A DNA stretch of 63,381 nt, filler included, from Choristocarpus tenellus KU-1152 (GCA_964200185.2; 10 parts of 10 records of this genome joined end to end with filler, not necessarily neighbours in it), one strand, 5' to 3'; shown: positions 37,622 to 50,500, counted from the whole stretch's first letter. Notes: generated by a model from the sequence alone, not told the origin. Program-made: numbers and translations.

Positions 37622-37860
37622 CTGTAGAAAAACACACATGCACAATAAATAAATAACACGACCAAAAACATGTTACAAAAATATTGGGGCTTGAACCTAT
37701 TCTGAGCTGTTACATGCTGGGTCAAAGTATCTCGGGGGGGGGTNNNNNNNNNNNNNNNNNNNNNNNNNNNNNNNNNNNNNNNNNNNNTTAATTAATTAAN
37801 NNNNNNNNNNNNNNNNNNNNNNNNNNNNNNNNNNNNNNNNNNNTGAGGAACACAAGGGAG

Positions 37861-38032
37861 TTGGGGGGGGGGGGGGGGGGGGTGTCTACACCAGGGTGTC
37901 TATTTGAACCAAAATTAGGAAAAGTGCATTTGCATTATCCATCCGACGTATGCAACCAAATCACCAAAAATCGCGACATGAAAGAATTGACCCCAAATGG
38001 ACAGCCGCCACCCCCCCTACATACTTTGAGCC
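37861..38032 (+). mobile_element. MITE subfamily B, left end degraded. A further left end lies at 37719-37743 on the preceding contig
   Basis: GTCTACACCAGGGTGTC...CATACTTTGAGCC, and GGGTCAAAGTATCTCGGGG at the contig end. Confidence 0.85.
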
Positions 38033-38127
38033 TTAATATCCTTGAAGATGGGCAAAGTGTGTACCTAAACCCCACTGGAGACCGCCCAGACCCCCATAGG
38101 CACATAATAAGCGCTATATTAAGAAGG

Positions 38128-38725
38128 CGATGTTCCTTACAGTTGTGGGCCACCCTAGGAAGCTCTCCAATGGAGTGTGGTTTGATTGTAAATCTAGGAT
38201 CTGGCCAATCGTGAACACTATGGTTACTCAGCGCTTCAGCAAACACTACCTCAAGGGCACCAAGGTGCCTGTGCCCGCCATTGTGGACGAGGAGAGGTAT
38301 AAGGAGCTCATGGCTGACGATATCATTCCGGCAATCAAGGCCCACATGCCTAGGCTGGAAAGACACACCATCTTTGTGTAGTAGGATGGAGCAAAGTCAC
38401 ACACCAAGGAGGCGGTGGGGGACAACATTGCCATTGAGACCCAGTCAGCTAACTGACTTGAACTCAACGTCAACGACTTGGGTTTCTTTAATTCGATCCA
38501 GCAACTGAAGGAAGACATGGGGGTGACCACCACTGAGTAGCTGGTGGAAGCCACAATGGAGGTGTTCGATGTGTTCACCTGAGGGAAGCACTAGAGCGCA
38601 GCTGTCAGAGCCTTCTCGCAGTCTACGGTGAAGTGCTGGGGTCCAAGGGTGACGACGTCTTCAAAATTACACATCTCAGCAAGGAAAAAGCTGAGAAGGC
38701 GGGCAAGCTCTCCATTGATGAGGTG
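38128..38725 (+). pseudogene. Tc1/mariner transposase remnant, plant/stramenopile DD39D-like
   Basis: MFLTVVGHPR...WFDCKSRIWP...YKELMADDIIPAIKAHMP...TIFV**DGAKSH...QSAN*LELNVNDLGFFNSIQQL, with multiple stops and an internal deletion. Confidence 0.9.
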
Positions 38726-40099
38726 AAACACTGTATTGGAATTAAGTTTTGGAGGGCTTCAGGGGAGGAATCATATGTGTAGGCTGCCCCATTTTGGTTG
38801 AGGTTTTGATAGGCAACGTGTCTGCACAATATACCCATAAAATATGAACATGTGAAAAAAATCTTGCTTCTTCCTCGGGGATGCAAAAGTTATGTTACAT
38901 TTAATCCCGAACATAGGAAACCATAGGAAAGAACAATCTTGAATAAATCTTATGTTGTGATTTAATTCTAACCAACGCAATACCAGAAGGACCGAGGTGG
39001 GCGCTTCGTCTATCGGTGTTGCTGTGTTCATATCCGTTCCTCCAGCGAACATGCACGGAATAGTATTGATTATTCTGTACAATATCCTCTTGAGTGCTTC
39101 ATTCTAGCACCTCACATTACGCTCATTCCTTTGCGCTTTGTTGAGAGAATTAAATCTGTGTACAGGATGGCACGCCCTGAGCAGATGAACACATCTCTCA
39201 ATAATGCGGTTCAGCGATTATTCTGTTCCTGTGCTCCAAAAAACGTATGCCACCACAATGTTCCCTTCAAATCTCAGCTGGACCCACCTCTCGGTTATTT
39301 CGACTCTCTTTTCATTTTCAACAACCACAATGCGCCACTCTCAACACCTTCTGATGCAGAAGTGGGGTACTGGAAGACACAATAACATGGAATACTGTTT
39401 GTCTGTGAATGAACAATAGGGGTGGAGATCTATTTGGGGGGGGAAGAGGAGGGGAACTCGCAAGGGAAAAGGTGTATGTGTTTGGGTAGACCAATGGTTT
39501 TTGTTGTAGTGGGGGGAAAGGAGAACATCATCCTTCACTAAACTCAGCATAATATAACGATTATATTTTGAGTTGAATCAACACTGTCAAAAGTGTTTCA
39601 CTAATATTGACAAGACTAGTACACAGTAGTAGTAGTGGGAAAAAGTAAGGAGGGAAATATACCTGAGATCATACATCTATCTTCTGTTTTTATATAAAGC
39701 GGTACCAATAGCTTCGCGGTCTATGGTAATCTTGCTTTTTTTCACTGTCTTGTCACGAGAGGTATGCAACAATATAAATATCGAACGAACGCTTATTATG
39801 CTAAGAGGGGTTGAAGATTCAAATGCAGGAATGTATTAACTCTAGCGAACGGGAACTATATTCCGATCGAAGAATGGCAAAAACGCGAGGGAGTAACTCC
39901 GACGCAATTTTGATAGTCACAACATCAAAAGATACAAAATAAAGTAGTTGGCTGAATTCCCCGCAAAAAAATAGCCCGTGGTAGGACCCTGTCAAAATAT
40001 GATTCGTGTGGTCATACCGATAAAAAAAAAGCAAGATTCTAGGATGTATTTTCAACGCATTTTGCAGACTTTCTGTGCACACACAGGTGACCCACACAG

Positions 40100-40733
40100 C
40101 AATATGAACCACGATGGTGAGGGAAGGAGAGCCACCGAGGCCTCTCTGCTCCCTGGATCTACCCTTGGCGCTTTCTCTGCTGAGAGGTGACGGAAAAGCA
40201 AGTACTGTGTGGCACTCAGTGTGATGTTAGGTGACGAGAAAGTGTGTTTAGTGTGGCGTAGCAGCCTGATCAAATCGCGAAATGGACCACGCGGCCGCGA
40301 CATTGACGCTGAGAGAAGATGCATTAAAAACATTACCACACAAATGTGGTTGAATCTTCCAACACGTCGGAGCACTGCTCTGCAGTCTCTGCCGCCTCGG
40401 GAAAGCAGGAAGAGAGGGGCGAGTCCATCACCAGGTGGTACAGTCACGAAGTCTGTGGGGAAGCCTGGTCACGGAGGGCGAAGGGAGAACCAGGGTGGCC
40501 GGCCAAAGGGAAGGTCGGGGAGGAGAGCAGTGTGACTGCGTGCCATTGCGCTCAGGAAATGCCTAAGCGAAAACCCGGGTGTAGAATATCTTAGTGGTCG
40601 ACAGTTGCAGCAGGCCCTAACTGTTTGGAAGCTATGCGAGTCAGAGTGGCTTAAGGAAACGAGAAAGAAGGTGTTAGGGTTGGGCTACAAGGGCTCTGAA
40701 GCCCAAAAGAAGGTAGCCCATTTCCCACGCTCA
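40100..40733 (+). pseudogene. Degenerate ORF of unknown type (basic, GRPKGR AT-hook-like motif), probably TE-associated
   Basis: One reading frame persists for about 200 codons with isolated stops (...GRPKGRSGRRAV*LRAIALRKCLSENPGVEYLSGRQLQQALTVWK...). Confidence 0.35.
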
Positions 40734-41081
40734 NNNNNNNNNNNNNNNNNNNNNNNNNNNNNNNNNNNNNNNNNNNNTTAATTAATTAANNNNNNNNNNN
40801 NNNNNNNNNNNNNNNNNNNNNNNNNNNNNNNNNGTACTGCAACGGACATCCCCATGAGGGCCCTCCACTTCCTCGTTAACAGGTTCGTTATTAACGTCAC
40901 ACACACCCTTCTTCACGGTAGCAGCGAATTTTTTGTATAGGTGTAGAACATCGTTTAACAGTAACACAACAAGCTGGGTGACGGTTCAGGGGCATCAAAC
41001 CATACCACGAGTGTGTTTCCCTGAATCAGTACGTTAAGCGTCAAACCACACCAAGAGTGTGTTGTCCTGTATTGGTACGTT

Positions 41082-41219
41082 GATCCAAAGTATCTGGGAG
41101 GGGGGGTGGGTCTACACCAGGGTGTCCATGTGGACCAAAATCAAATAACCCAAAAATCGCGACATTAAAAAATTGACTCCAAATGGACTGCCGCCACTCT
41201 CTCCCAGATACTTTGAGTC
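41082..41219 (+). mobile_element. MITE subfamily B, internally deleted (138 bp), TSD GTT
   Basis: GATCCAAAGTATCTGGG...CCCAGATACTTTGAGTC, flanked by GTT. Confidence 0.9.
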
Positions 41220-41304
41220 GTTACTCATACATTGCGATATGATGAACCCGTGTGCAATACAATCTACTCCTCGGGATAATTGACGAACTGCCCTCCTATG
41301 ATAG

Positions 41305-43128
41305 GTACACGAATGCTGGGGACACCGTCGTCTCCTTCAGCACAGAGAGGCACAACATGGTGGAGGCGGCCCTTGAACACAGCAGGAGGGTGGAGGTGTT
41401 CGCGTCCAACACGGTGTCAAAGGACGAGGTGAAAGAGAAGATGGAGACCTCCCTCGTCCAAGCGTACAAGGACGGCAAGTGGAAGGTAAGAAGGGCGTGC
41501 TTGCTTTTTTTCCATTGATCTCCAACTTGTTGTCTGTCTTGGTTCCCTATGGATAGGTCTCGGGCGTGCGAATGCTGTAGTGATATTCCTTGTCGATGTT
41601 TACATGTTGCTAACACAGTGCACGCGGTTACCCACACCACAAACGGAAATCGCGAGACCCCAAGACTTTGTGTGTGAGCGTCGGTACGTCGTAATGTCCT
41701 CCTTCCCCACACGAAAAAACAAACATGCTGCGGTATACCACAAGATCTTAAATCAACGCCGGAATAACCCCTAGGTACGTGACGAAACCTTATCGCATGG
41801 CCAAAACTTCAATGCTATATGGTTCGGCTGTCACATGTACGCACATGATGTTGCAGGTATCCACGTCTCTCGTTCAAGAACGCGCAATAGGCCCTTCCTG
41901 CCTGCCGGAAGCCTTGGGACAGACCCTCGTTCCAACAGAGATGCAGCAATGTTTTGCTGAGGCCGTCAATCCTCAGGTAAAGGCAATGGGACGCAATCAG
42001 GCGACCATTTTCGTTGCGAAGACGGTGACGACGGACTTCGGCTACCGGATCGAGGTGAATGTGGTATAGAATGCACTTCGTTACATATTTTGTGAAGAAC
42101 AAACGGCAGAGTCAAGCTCTTGGCACGCAGAATAAACTTTTATAATATTCCCGAGTCCAAACCTATCTCATGCAGCACCCAAATACGCCGCGTAGAAAAC
42201 TATGGGCCTTGCGGGTAAGTATTGGATCCGTTGTGTGTTCAACGTTTGCCACAATAAGGTTGCCGTTTTTGCACCACCTTCGGACGAGATTACCTCCAAA
42301 TCACGAACATTCATGAATGACCGAACTCTGCCCCCCTCCCCAACACCCCTCCACCACCCCCAACCCCACCGCCATCTTTGTCTTCCGCAATGCTCAGCTG
42401 CGTGCAAGCTCGTCCTCGAATCCCGCAGAAACGGCCTTATTTCCGCTTAAAGGGAAAGACTACAAAGTCGGCGAAAATGACCTCCCTGCGTGGGGTGATC
42501 TCGAAGTGTGCAACTCTCGATCAGAGGCCTTCTGTTCGATCTCTCTTGAAGACCAAGAAGAGTGGCTAACAACAAACAGCTCAAGTGCACGCTTTCGCCT
42601 GGAATAGAGGTGTGTGGGACGCGCGCAGAGCTCTACTTGCGCGTGGCAGCCACTTGCCCTCTCCACTACATGCGTTGGACCGAGAAGGCAGACGACGCCA
42701 ACATTGAATTCACGTCAAAAGTTCCACAGAGTGGAAGCCGTCACCAGGTCCTCCTCCCCTTCTCCCAGGTTGGCCCCGGGCAGATATTCGTCACGCCTGT
42801 AGTTGGGAGGGTGTGCAAACCCCGGGCAAAGAATGACACGAGATCACCATTCAATGTGCTCCCGGGTCTTACAGTAGTGCGTTCTCGTGGGTTCGAAGTG
42901 CTGGATTCGGACTCGGAATTGACGCCAATCACCACTAGAAAGCGCAAGTGTCCCTCTTCCCGCACGGGTGGAAAGGGTAAAGATCGCGAGGTATGGAGGG
43001 GTGCTGGTGATTCTGCCATGGAAGACGGCCAGGAGTATATCAGCGACGCGGAGGAGGATGAGGAGGAAGAAGAGGATGATGAAGAGTATGATAGAGAGGA
43101 GGATGAAGGGGATGACGAAGAGGAGTAA
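41305..43128 (+). pseudogene. Spliced gene or pseudogene with a divergent SET-like domain and acidic tail. Exons 41305-41485, 41857-42054, 42398-43128 with a frameshift near 42565
   Basis: Phase-0 GT-AG junctions. IELRASSSSNPAETALFPLKGKDYKVGENDLPAWG resembles SET-N and ATCPLHYMRWTEKADDANIEF...QVGPGQIFV resembles SET-C, but the NHS motif is absent. Confidence 0.45.
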
Positions 43129-44063
43129 GAAGAGAATCGGGACAAGGGGCGGTAAGGAGTGGGGGGGGAGAGGCTGGCGGGTGCACACGTTGGCAAAGCA
43201 ATGATTGACCAACGGCAAGCAGAGGATACGAGAGTGTTTTTGTTGATGATGCCTCGTTCGTCCAGTAGTTACTTCAAGCAGGTTGTTCGTGTGTCTGTTG
43301 AACTCCCGGTAACATGTTTACCAGAGTCGGCGCCCATTCTTGCTTCAGGTGACGTGCACAGTTTCGCGCGGTGGCGGGGAGAGGAGGGGTGCAACGAATG
43401 AGCAGCAAATTGAAAAAGCTGATGTTTTCTTTTTTTCATGTGATGGAAGATTTTTTTTTACTATATTTTAGCTCTGGGCTGTTGTGGCCTTATTCTCCCT
43501 CTCCCTGTTGTTCTCTTGCAATGTGTGACAAGTCCTACAACTTTCCCGAGAAAATAGATAAATGCAGATCAACGTATCTGACAGAGTGGGGGGGAGGGGA
43601 AATCGCAACAAACGATATCTCGGGCAGGACTGAGATATTCGTACAAAGAGGTCGATCATCATATAATGTCAATACTTATATGCGCTCAGTGGTAACTTCT
43701 TCTTCTACTTGGCGACAATAGCAATAATTGATAAACAATTTAATAAAATGGTAAAATAACACTTCTTCTTCTCTTCTTGTCAGTCAACCATCCATAATGA
43801 TGATGAAACGCCGCCCTGAAAAAAACTACTTCGAAGGACTATTTTTTTCTACCACCCCCACCATCGACAGTCAAACAACTCCACCGACCGCACTAATTAT
43901 TCAAGCAAGCAATCCAACGCAGGGCATACATGTGCACGACGATCAAACGAAATCATTGCCGCCNNNNNNNNNNNNNNNNNNNNNNNNNNNNNNNNNNNNN
44001 NNNNNNNTTAATTAATTAANNNNNNNNNNNNNNNNNNNNNNNNNNNNNNNNNNNNNNNNNNNN

Positions 44064-44264
44064 CCCCCTCCCAGATACTTTGGATCATTTTCCTACTCCA
44101 AAATATTTCGAGTAGATAAATGTACATACGTTAAGAAAATTTGTGTCCGGAACAAGGACATTGACACTTCCTAACAAACACGATAGCCAAAACTACATCA
44201 AAATCGCAACATTGAATTTTGGCCCCCAAATGGACGCTGCTGTACCCTCTAAGGTACTTGACTC
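44064..44264. mobile_element. Abutting or nested MITEs: a subfamily B/C end (44064-44085) joined to a truncated subfamily A copy (44086-44264)
   Basis: CCCAGATACTTTGGATC is directly followed by A-family interior ATTTTCCTACTCCAAAA...TGTACCCTCTAAGGTACTTGACTC. Confidence 0.82.
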
Positions 44265-45027
44265 ATGTGGTAAACTCTACGAAGTAAAATTGCGTTGTGT
44301 TCTATAACCTTGTTGTGCTACTTATTATCCCCAAATACAACTTCTTCAAAATACTAGAGAACATTAACAGTGATACACTCTGTACTACCCCCTGTCGCTA
44401 TACCACAAAAAGAATGCCTGATGTTTTGGGGAGACCTTCATTATGGACAATGGCTAGGCGGTTACAGCACAAGACTTTACGAAGCTGGAGGAGCAAGGTG
44501 TTGAGTGGCTAAACCCCAACTCGAAAAAGCAAGGAATGGATTTAGGCAGTGAAATTTGCTGTAAGTTGCTCTACACACACGGCTACTCATAGATATATGC
44601 CACTTACTTCAACTAACAACAAATTACTGTGCTTCGGACTAGTTAAATTCTTGAAACGCCTATCGGTTAACGAGTAACTACAACCTCTCCTAATGAAGCA
44701 GATGAAAGTTCGATTCCCTTTGCAACAAATTGAAAGTCTCACAGGTCAGTGGTTAAAGGAAAATGTTTCTTGTTTCTAGTTTTGTGGGTATGAACCCTCA
44801 TTGCGCAGAATTTCTTTTTGAGAAATTTGACTTTGATTATCCAAAGCCCTTGTGCCAAAACTGTGGATTGTACACCTATATATACTATGATCCAATAATC
44901 GAGGCCAAATAACGAACAAGAAACGTTGGAACAAGAATGAGGGGGGAAAGTTTCGTTGCCAGCAACCCTGAGGCGGATGCAGCACAAGAGTTGAAGGAGG
45001 AGGCAGTGCAGTTGGTTGTAGCACAAC

Positions 45028-45285
45028 GACCCAGAGCATCCTAAGAGGGCAGGGCCGTGTCCGTTTGGGGTCAAAAATCCAATGTTAAGATTTGATGAAT
45101 TTTGGCTATCGTGTTTGTTAACAAGTGTCAATATCCCTGCTCCGGACACACCTTTCAAAATCGTATACATTCTTGGTAACTGTGTTCACACAAAAAAACG
45201 AAAAGGGGCATAAAAAACCCGTGGGAAGTCAAGCCCCGAACAGACAAACAGGGCAAAACTCCTACCCTATTAAATGCTTTGTTTC
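45028..45285 (+). mobile_element. MITE subfamily A (258 bp, diverged), TSD AAC
   Basis: GACCCAGAGCATCCTAAGAGGG...TACCCTATTAAATGCTTTGTTTC, flanked by AAC. Confidence 0.88.
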
Positions 45286-46310
45286 AACAACAATATGTTA
45301 CTACATTATTACAGGGTAGATAGTATAGTTGTTAATAGTGTGATGAAACCTGTGAAGAATAGTGAATATCTCTGACAAACAGTCACAGTATAGTCTCCCA
45401 ACTAAGGCGAAGATAATACAAATATAATTAATTATTATACTACCTACATTCACACACACTTGCTTCTTAAGCATTGGATTGAACCATTTCACCCTTTTTC
45501 GCTCCACTTCGGGACATGCCTTGCTCTAGCTCAGTAATGAACAAGGCTTGCCAACATTTTTTACGACCTCGTTTTGACCTGTGTTTTTTGTCGTACATCA
45601 ACATATGTGGAATTCAGGTTTGCCTTTTGTCATACCGTTCCTACCATATGTCATATACTAACATACCGTTGAGGTTCTTTTCTAACAACTATGGAGGACC
45701 TTCAGAAGGATAGGTCTTTTCCTAAGTACACATTTTCTGAAGACGGATCTCTCTCTCTCTGAGGGGCTTCTTTTCTGATCCCTATCCGAATCATGATCCT
45801 CCCTACTTCTTCACTACTTGTATTTATGTCCAACCTTAACCTCGCCCTCTCAGTTACGGTTTGTCTTGGTTCATCTGGTCCGTCTTGCCCAGTGGTTCTC
45901 TTCGCCACCCTTGCCTGGATGATCCACGATCCCACAGAATCACATTATTCATATTGGCATGCCCGTGAATTCAGATAGAACATTAAAAAACAAGTTGTAG
46001 ACACTATGCCAAACTCAAAGACTAGAAGGCTCTGTTGCCAGCAAGAGCACCCAGCCGATTTCAGTGAGGAAACCAAGTTTTTTTAGGAAGAGACGATACA
46101 ATGCAGGTGGCCCTGTCTAGAAGTGTCATGCGTTTTAAGCTGGAGAAACCAGGGAGATGGCCAAGGAGGGGCTTGTTAGATTCTTGGGATGCTTCCCTAA
46201 CTCCTCACCCTGGGGTGCAGGAATAGCTAGGTTGGAGGCACAGGAAGGCAGTGGTACAGCATAGCTGGTAGTAAAATAGCAAATAGATTAATGTTTTTCA
46301 CATTTATGAC

Positions 46311-46937
46311 AACTGTTACTTCTTTAGGGATTTTTCTGACATGTTAATAGTTTTCATTGGTTTTCCCTCTAACACATCTGGAAAACGTCAGAGGGCATAA
46401 TAATATAGATAAAGAGAATAACCCACAAGAGGGGGTTTGTACAAGATACGGAGTCATCCACAAATAGTGTGTTGGACATAATTTATTCCTCCAACGCCTC
46501 TTCGTCGCCATCTAACACATACACGACAGAATCACAAAATACGTAAATGAGATTATATATTGAAGGTGTACAGATGACTGGTGTGACTTTTCGATCATTG
46601 AAACAAGATTTCCCAAAGTTCTGTTCATATGGGGAAAATTGTCTATCAGTCATTGAGATACAAGAGCCACATGTTCTCACAAGTAATATTAAGCAATTAA
46701 TCAACCCGAAGAATATGCTTGGAAACTGACCAAACTGTGAAATTTGGGTTATATATATACGGATGAAAAATAAGATTAGAACAAGGTAAGTATGTTTTGG
46801 TATTGGTAAGACAAACAGTGGAGTAATATATGTGTAGTATATGTATTATTATGCCCTCTGACATTTTGCAGATGTGTCAGGGGGAAAACCAATGAAAAAT
46901 ATACATATGTCGTTATTACCCCTAAAGAAATAAAATA
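46311..46937. repeat. Inverted pair of a ~95-bp repeat (46311-46404 and 46844-46937) around a ~440-bp spacer
   Basis: The reverse complement of the left arm, TATTATTATGCCCTCTGACGTTTTCCAGATGTGTTAGAGGGAAAACCAATGAAAACTAT..., matches the right arm TATTATTATGCCCTCTGACATTTTGCAGATGTGTCAGGGGGAAAACCAATGAAAAATAT... Confidence 0.85.
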
Positions 46938-47592
46938 TCCTAAACATAAGAACACTATAAAATATTGTAAGTGTGGAAACCACTAATCAGTTAGTATATA
47001 TACAATATTGTGCGTTTATGTGACCCTTAAAACTGGTTGGATAAGCGAATTTATTGATTTCTATGTACATAGTGAGAGGAGTATGAAAATGAAATAGTTG
47101 AGTTTAACGCTTAATAATGGTAGAACTACTATTGTACTTGTACTATATTGATACTAATCGCATTATAATATATTAATAGTAGTGTATGCGATCTTCTCAA
47201 GTCAAGCTATTGGTCCGACTAAACCGAAACTCCATCGATGTTCATATCCAAAATGATTGGTAGTGGAACAAATAAATATACCAAGTCAATAATCAGAACA
47301 TAAATCACTACTGTTCTACCCACATACAGTTCAAGAATAATCGTACCATATGCGACCGTTTAAGATCTAGTTTTCACACTTTGGAAGTCCTACTTACTCT
47401 CTAAGAAACAGTATATTCTCTACTTCCAATTATTGAGATATCTAGAAGATGGAACCAAAGAAAAGGAGGAAGTGAAGAGAAAGGACAGCATTGCATCAAC
47501 CCTCTCATCATAACCAAACACTACCATCATCCTTCATCCATTCTTCTTCTGATCAGGTTGACGACAACAGTGAGAGTAGGCGGAGTGCGACA

Positions 47593-50500
47593 ATGGTCGC
47601 CTCAAGGCGATGTGCTTCCATCATCAGTGTGGTTGGCTTGGTGTCTGCTTTTCCTGTTGTCACTAGAGCATGCTCGGATTCCGAAGGGCTAGCAGAGGTC
47701 AGGTTCGCCTCCTCGAGCAACCGCCTATACATTGAGGGTGGAGGGTGCACGGACTTGACGTCGATCTATGAGGTGAGGATGGATAATCTTGGACCTAAGG
47801 GGCCGTTGTACTACTTCGACATGGAGAAGAAGGAAATCTCCAACACGTGGACTGGCACTTGGTTCCTTGACTCGGAAGTGTTCATCGAGGGCAATTCCAT
47901 GCTTGAGCTGAAGGGATCATCCATCGGAGGAGATTGCGACAGACTCCTCTTGGTAAGCCCATGTATATGCACCTTTGCAAGCCACAGTGACCTACCTCAG
48001 CTTCGCTTGGAGATTTCTCTACAATAGAGAACAACGTTTAACATGTTTCCATGCCCTGTTAATCCAGCGCAAAAATGTCAATCCCGCTAGCACAAACGTC
48101 CATCCCCCCACGTTCCTGTCTTTGCGTCAAGAAAAGCGACGATGGAGGGTTCATTCAGATTCGGGCTTATGGTGGGAGGCTGCACATTGAAAGCACCGTT
48201 GTAACATCTTGGGATATGAGCACTCAGGATGTTGACTACAACTATGATGATGGGCGAAGGTATGTCCCGTTTCCTCATTGTTCTTTACCTGTTACAGTCT
48301 TTTCAAATATCTGAGACCGGGCAGAGCAGATGTACGCTATGAAATAGGATGACTTAATATTACCATTTCCGATCAATCTCTTGGGAAAGCGCGTGCGAAG
48401 GTGATCCTCAAGGCATTTACTTGACAACTACCTTATTGGTAACAGGCGGAAATTCCTTCGTAAATCGAACAAGCGCGAAGTATGAGTCCATCGTTACTGT
48501 GCATGTTGTCGAATGCTTGTTTGTAAGTTTCTTGCTCTCAGACTCTCCGCTGACTCTCCCTTGACTGCGATTGTTTCTCGTCTAACAGCTACATCAGCGC
48601 TATCACAGAGACAGAGTCGACAAACCCTGTAGGTGGCTGTGACGGTGAGGCGCAAGCCACAAAGGGCGAGGCACGCATGGATATTATCGACAGCGAGATT
48701 GCATGTAAGTCATGCGTAGTGCGTATTAGTCAAGTTGTGTAGTCCCCGATCTGTTATCTACTCCTGCATGCAAACTACCAAGACTATTGCACATGCATCA
48801 TATTTGATGGTCTCCTCATAGATGAAGGTCGCACGAGTATTTTGTTCGTGGTTTCTCTCTTTGATTACCTGTGTTGACAAAGTTTCTATCGGTATTGTCT
48901 AGCGCAATTCTTGTATTCTTTAATTGCAATGGTGTGTCAGTGGAGAAACACTTGTGATGTCAGGTGGCAACTATGGACCTGTGTCTACTGACAAACCTGG
49001 TTATATCAGACAAAAAAATCGCCCCCGTGACTCTAATATCGGATGGGGGACGTAGATATAATACACGACTTTTTATCACACCATGCGACTGGGAGTGGTC
49101 AAGTCCATGGGCCGTGGTAGTTCCAATTATCTCGACAAGTCTGAATCCGATCCATCTAGTATTTTACCGGTAAGGTCCGCTATTAGGTCTCGTTCCAGCT
49201 TTTTTTTTCCTGACCAGTTCCAAATGCGGAATTAGAAAAACCTTAGGTTCCAGTGTTTCTCTGACCTAGCTGGAAATGTGGAAGTACAGGGACTTTTTTT
49301 TCTCTTTTTTGTTATGCTACTACAGTGACCTATTCTTGAGAATTCAGGTCTTTAATCTTCTGCCCGTCAGTCACCCTATTCCGAAGCCATGTGTGTAGTT
49401 GAATAGCCTTGAAAGGCTGTCATCTCCTTGAAAGGCTGTCATATATGATCAACAGAGCACACATTCCTCCCACTCTTTCAATGTCTACGGAATGCTGCAA
49501 ACTTTGTGAGCAACATATGGAATTCTAATCTACTGTAGTAGTAAAATCTCGTCCGACCTTTTCGCAAGAAGAGCCTTTCGTACCGTTTCAGTCCACACCC
49601 TCTCCGAACCAAGGCGATGATAGTTTTGTCCTTCACAGAAAGTGTTACTAGAATTTCCTGCTTTCCAAAGAATGAATACCGTGTAACAAGCCCCTCCAAA
49701 AACATACAGATCTTGGCTGGTACAACTCAGAATCGTATGGGATTGCATACAAGGTCCGTGGACTCTGCAAGGACCTCACCAATGAGGATATGTTCAATCA
49801 TGTAAGTGTGCGTCCTGATGTCTATGTTTTACTACCTACAATTTGCTGAATACTGCATTTGGTTCACTTGTTGGTCATGTCACAGTAGGTTCTACTGTAC
49901 AAGCTCAACATCAAATATTCTCCAATCCAAGTGGCTTAGACCAAATGTGACTGATATTCTTTGATAATGTAATGCTTTTACCTAATGATGCATACCATGA
50001 CTATAAATTTGGTTCTAGTTGTGTAATGGTATAGTGCACTATGCAAATTGGAGTCGACTCTCATTTTATCTCTGTTGATCCTCTTACTAACCATAAACAC
50101 TGAAACTGCACAATCTTAACTCATCCCAAACATGCTGCACATAAAAAATATTAGGTGAAGGTGACTGGAGACATTCTCAACTCTCACATTCATCACCTCT
50201 ACTTTGGGCACTACTCCTATGGGCACCAGGGTGGAAACTGGAGCTACAACGTTGTACACGACAATGTAGGGTACGGTTTTGACCCCCATGACGACAGTGA
50301 CTTCGTTACAATTAGTAACAACCATGTGTACAATAATGGATGGCACGGGATCATTGCCTCAAAGCGTTGTGATCATGTCAGAATCAAGGTAAGATGTATA
50401 CAAGTTTTTTTACCCTCCAGACTTTGCCACAGAGATTGTCAGGTTAGAAATCAGTGACAGTATATACATCTTGAGTACCTGAAAATGAAATACTACTGTA

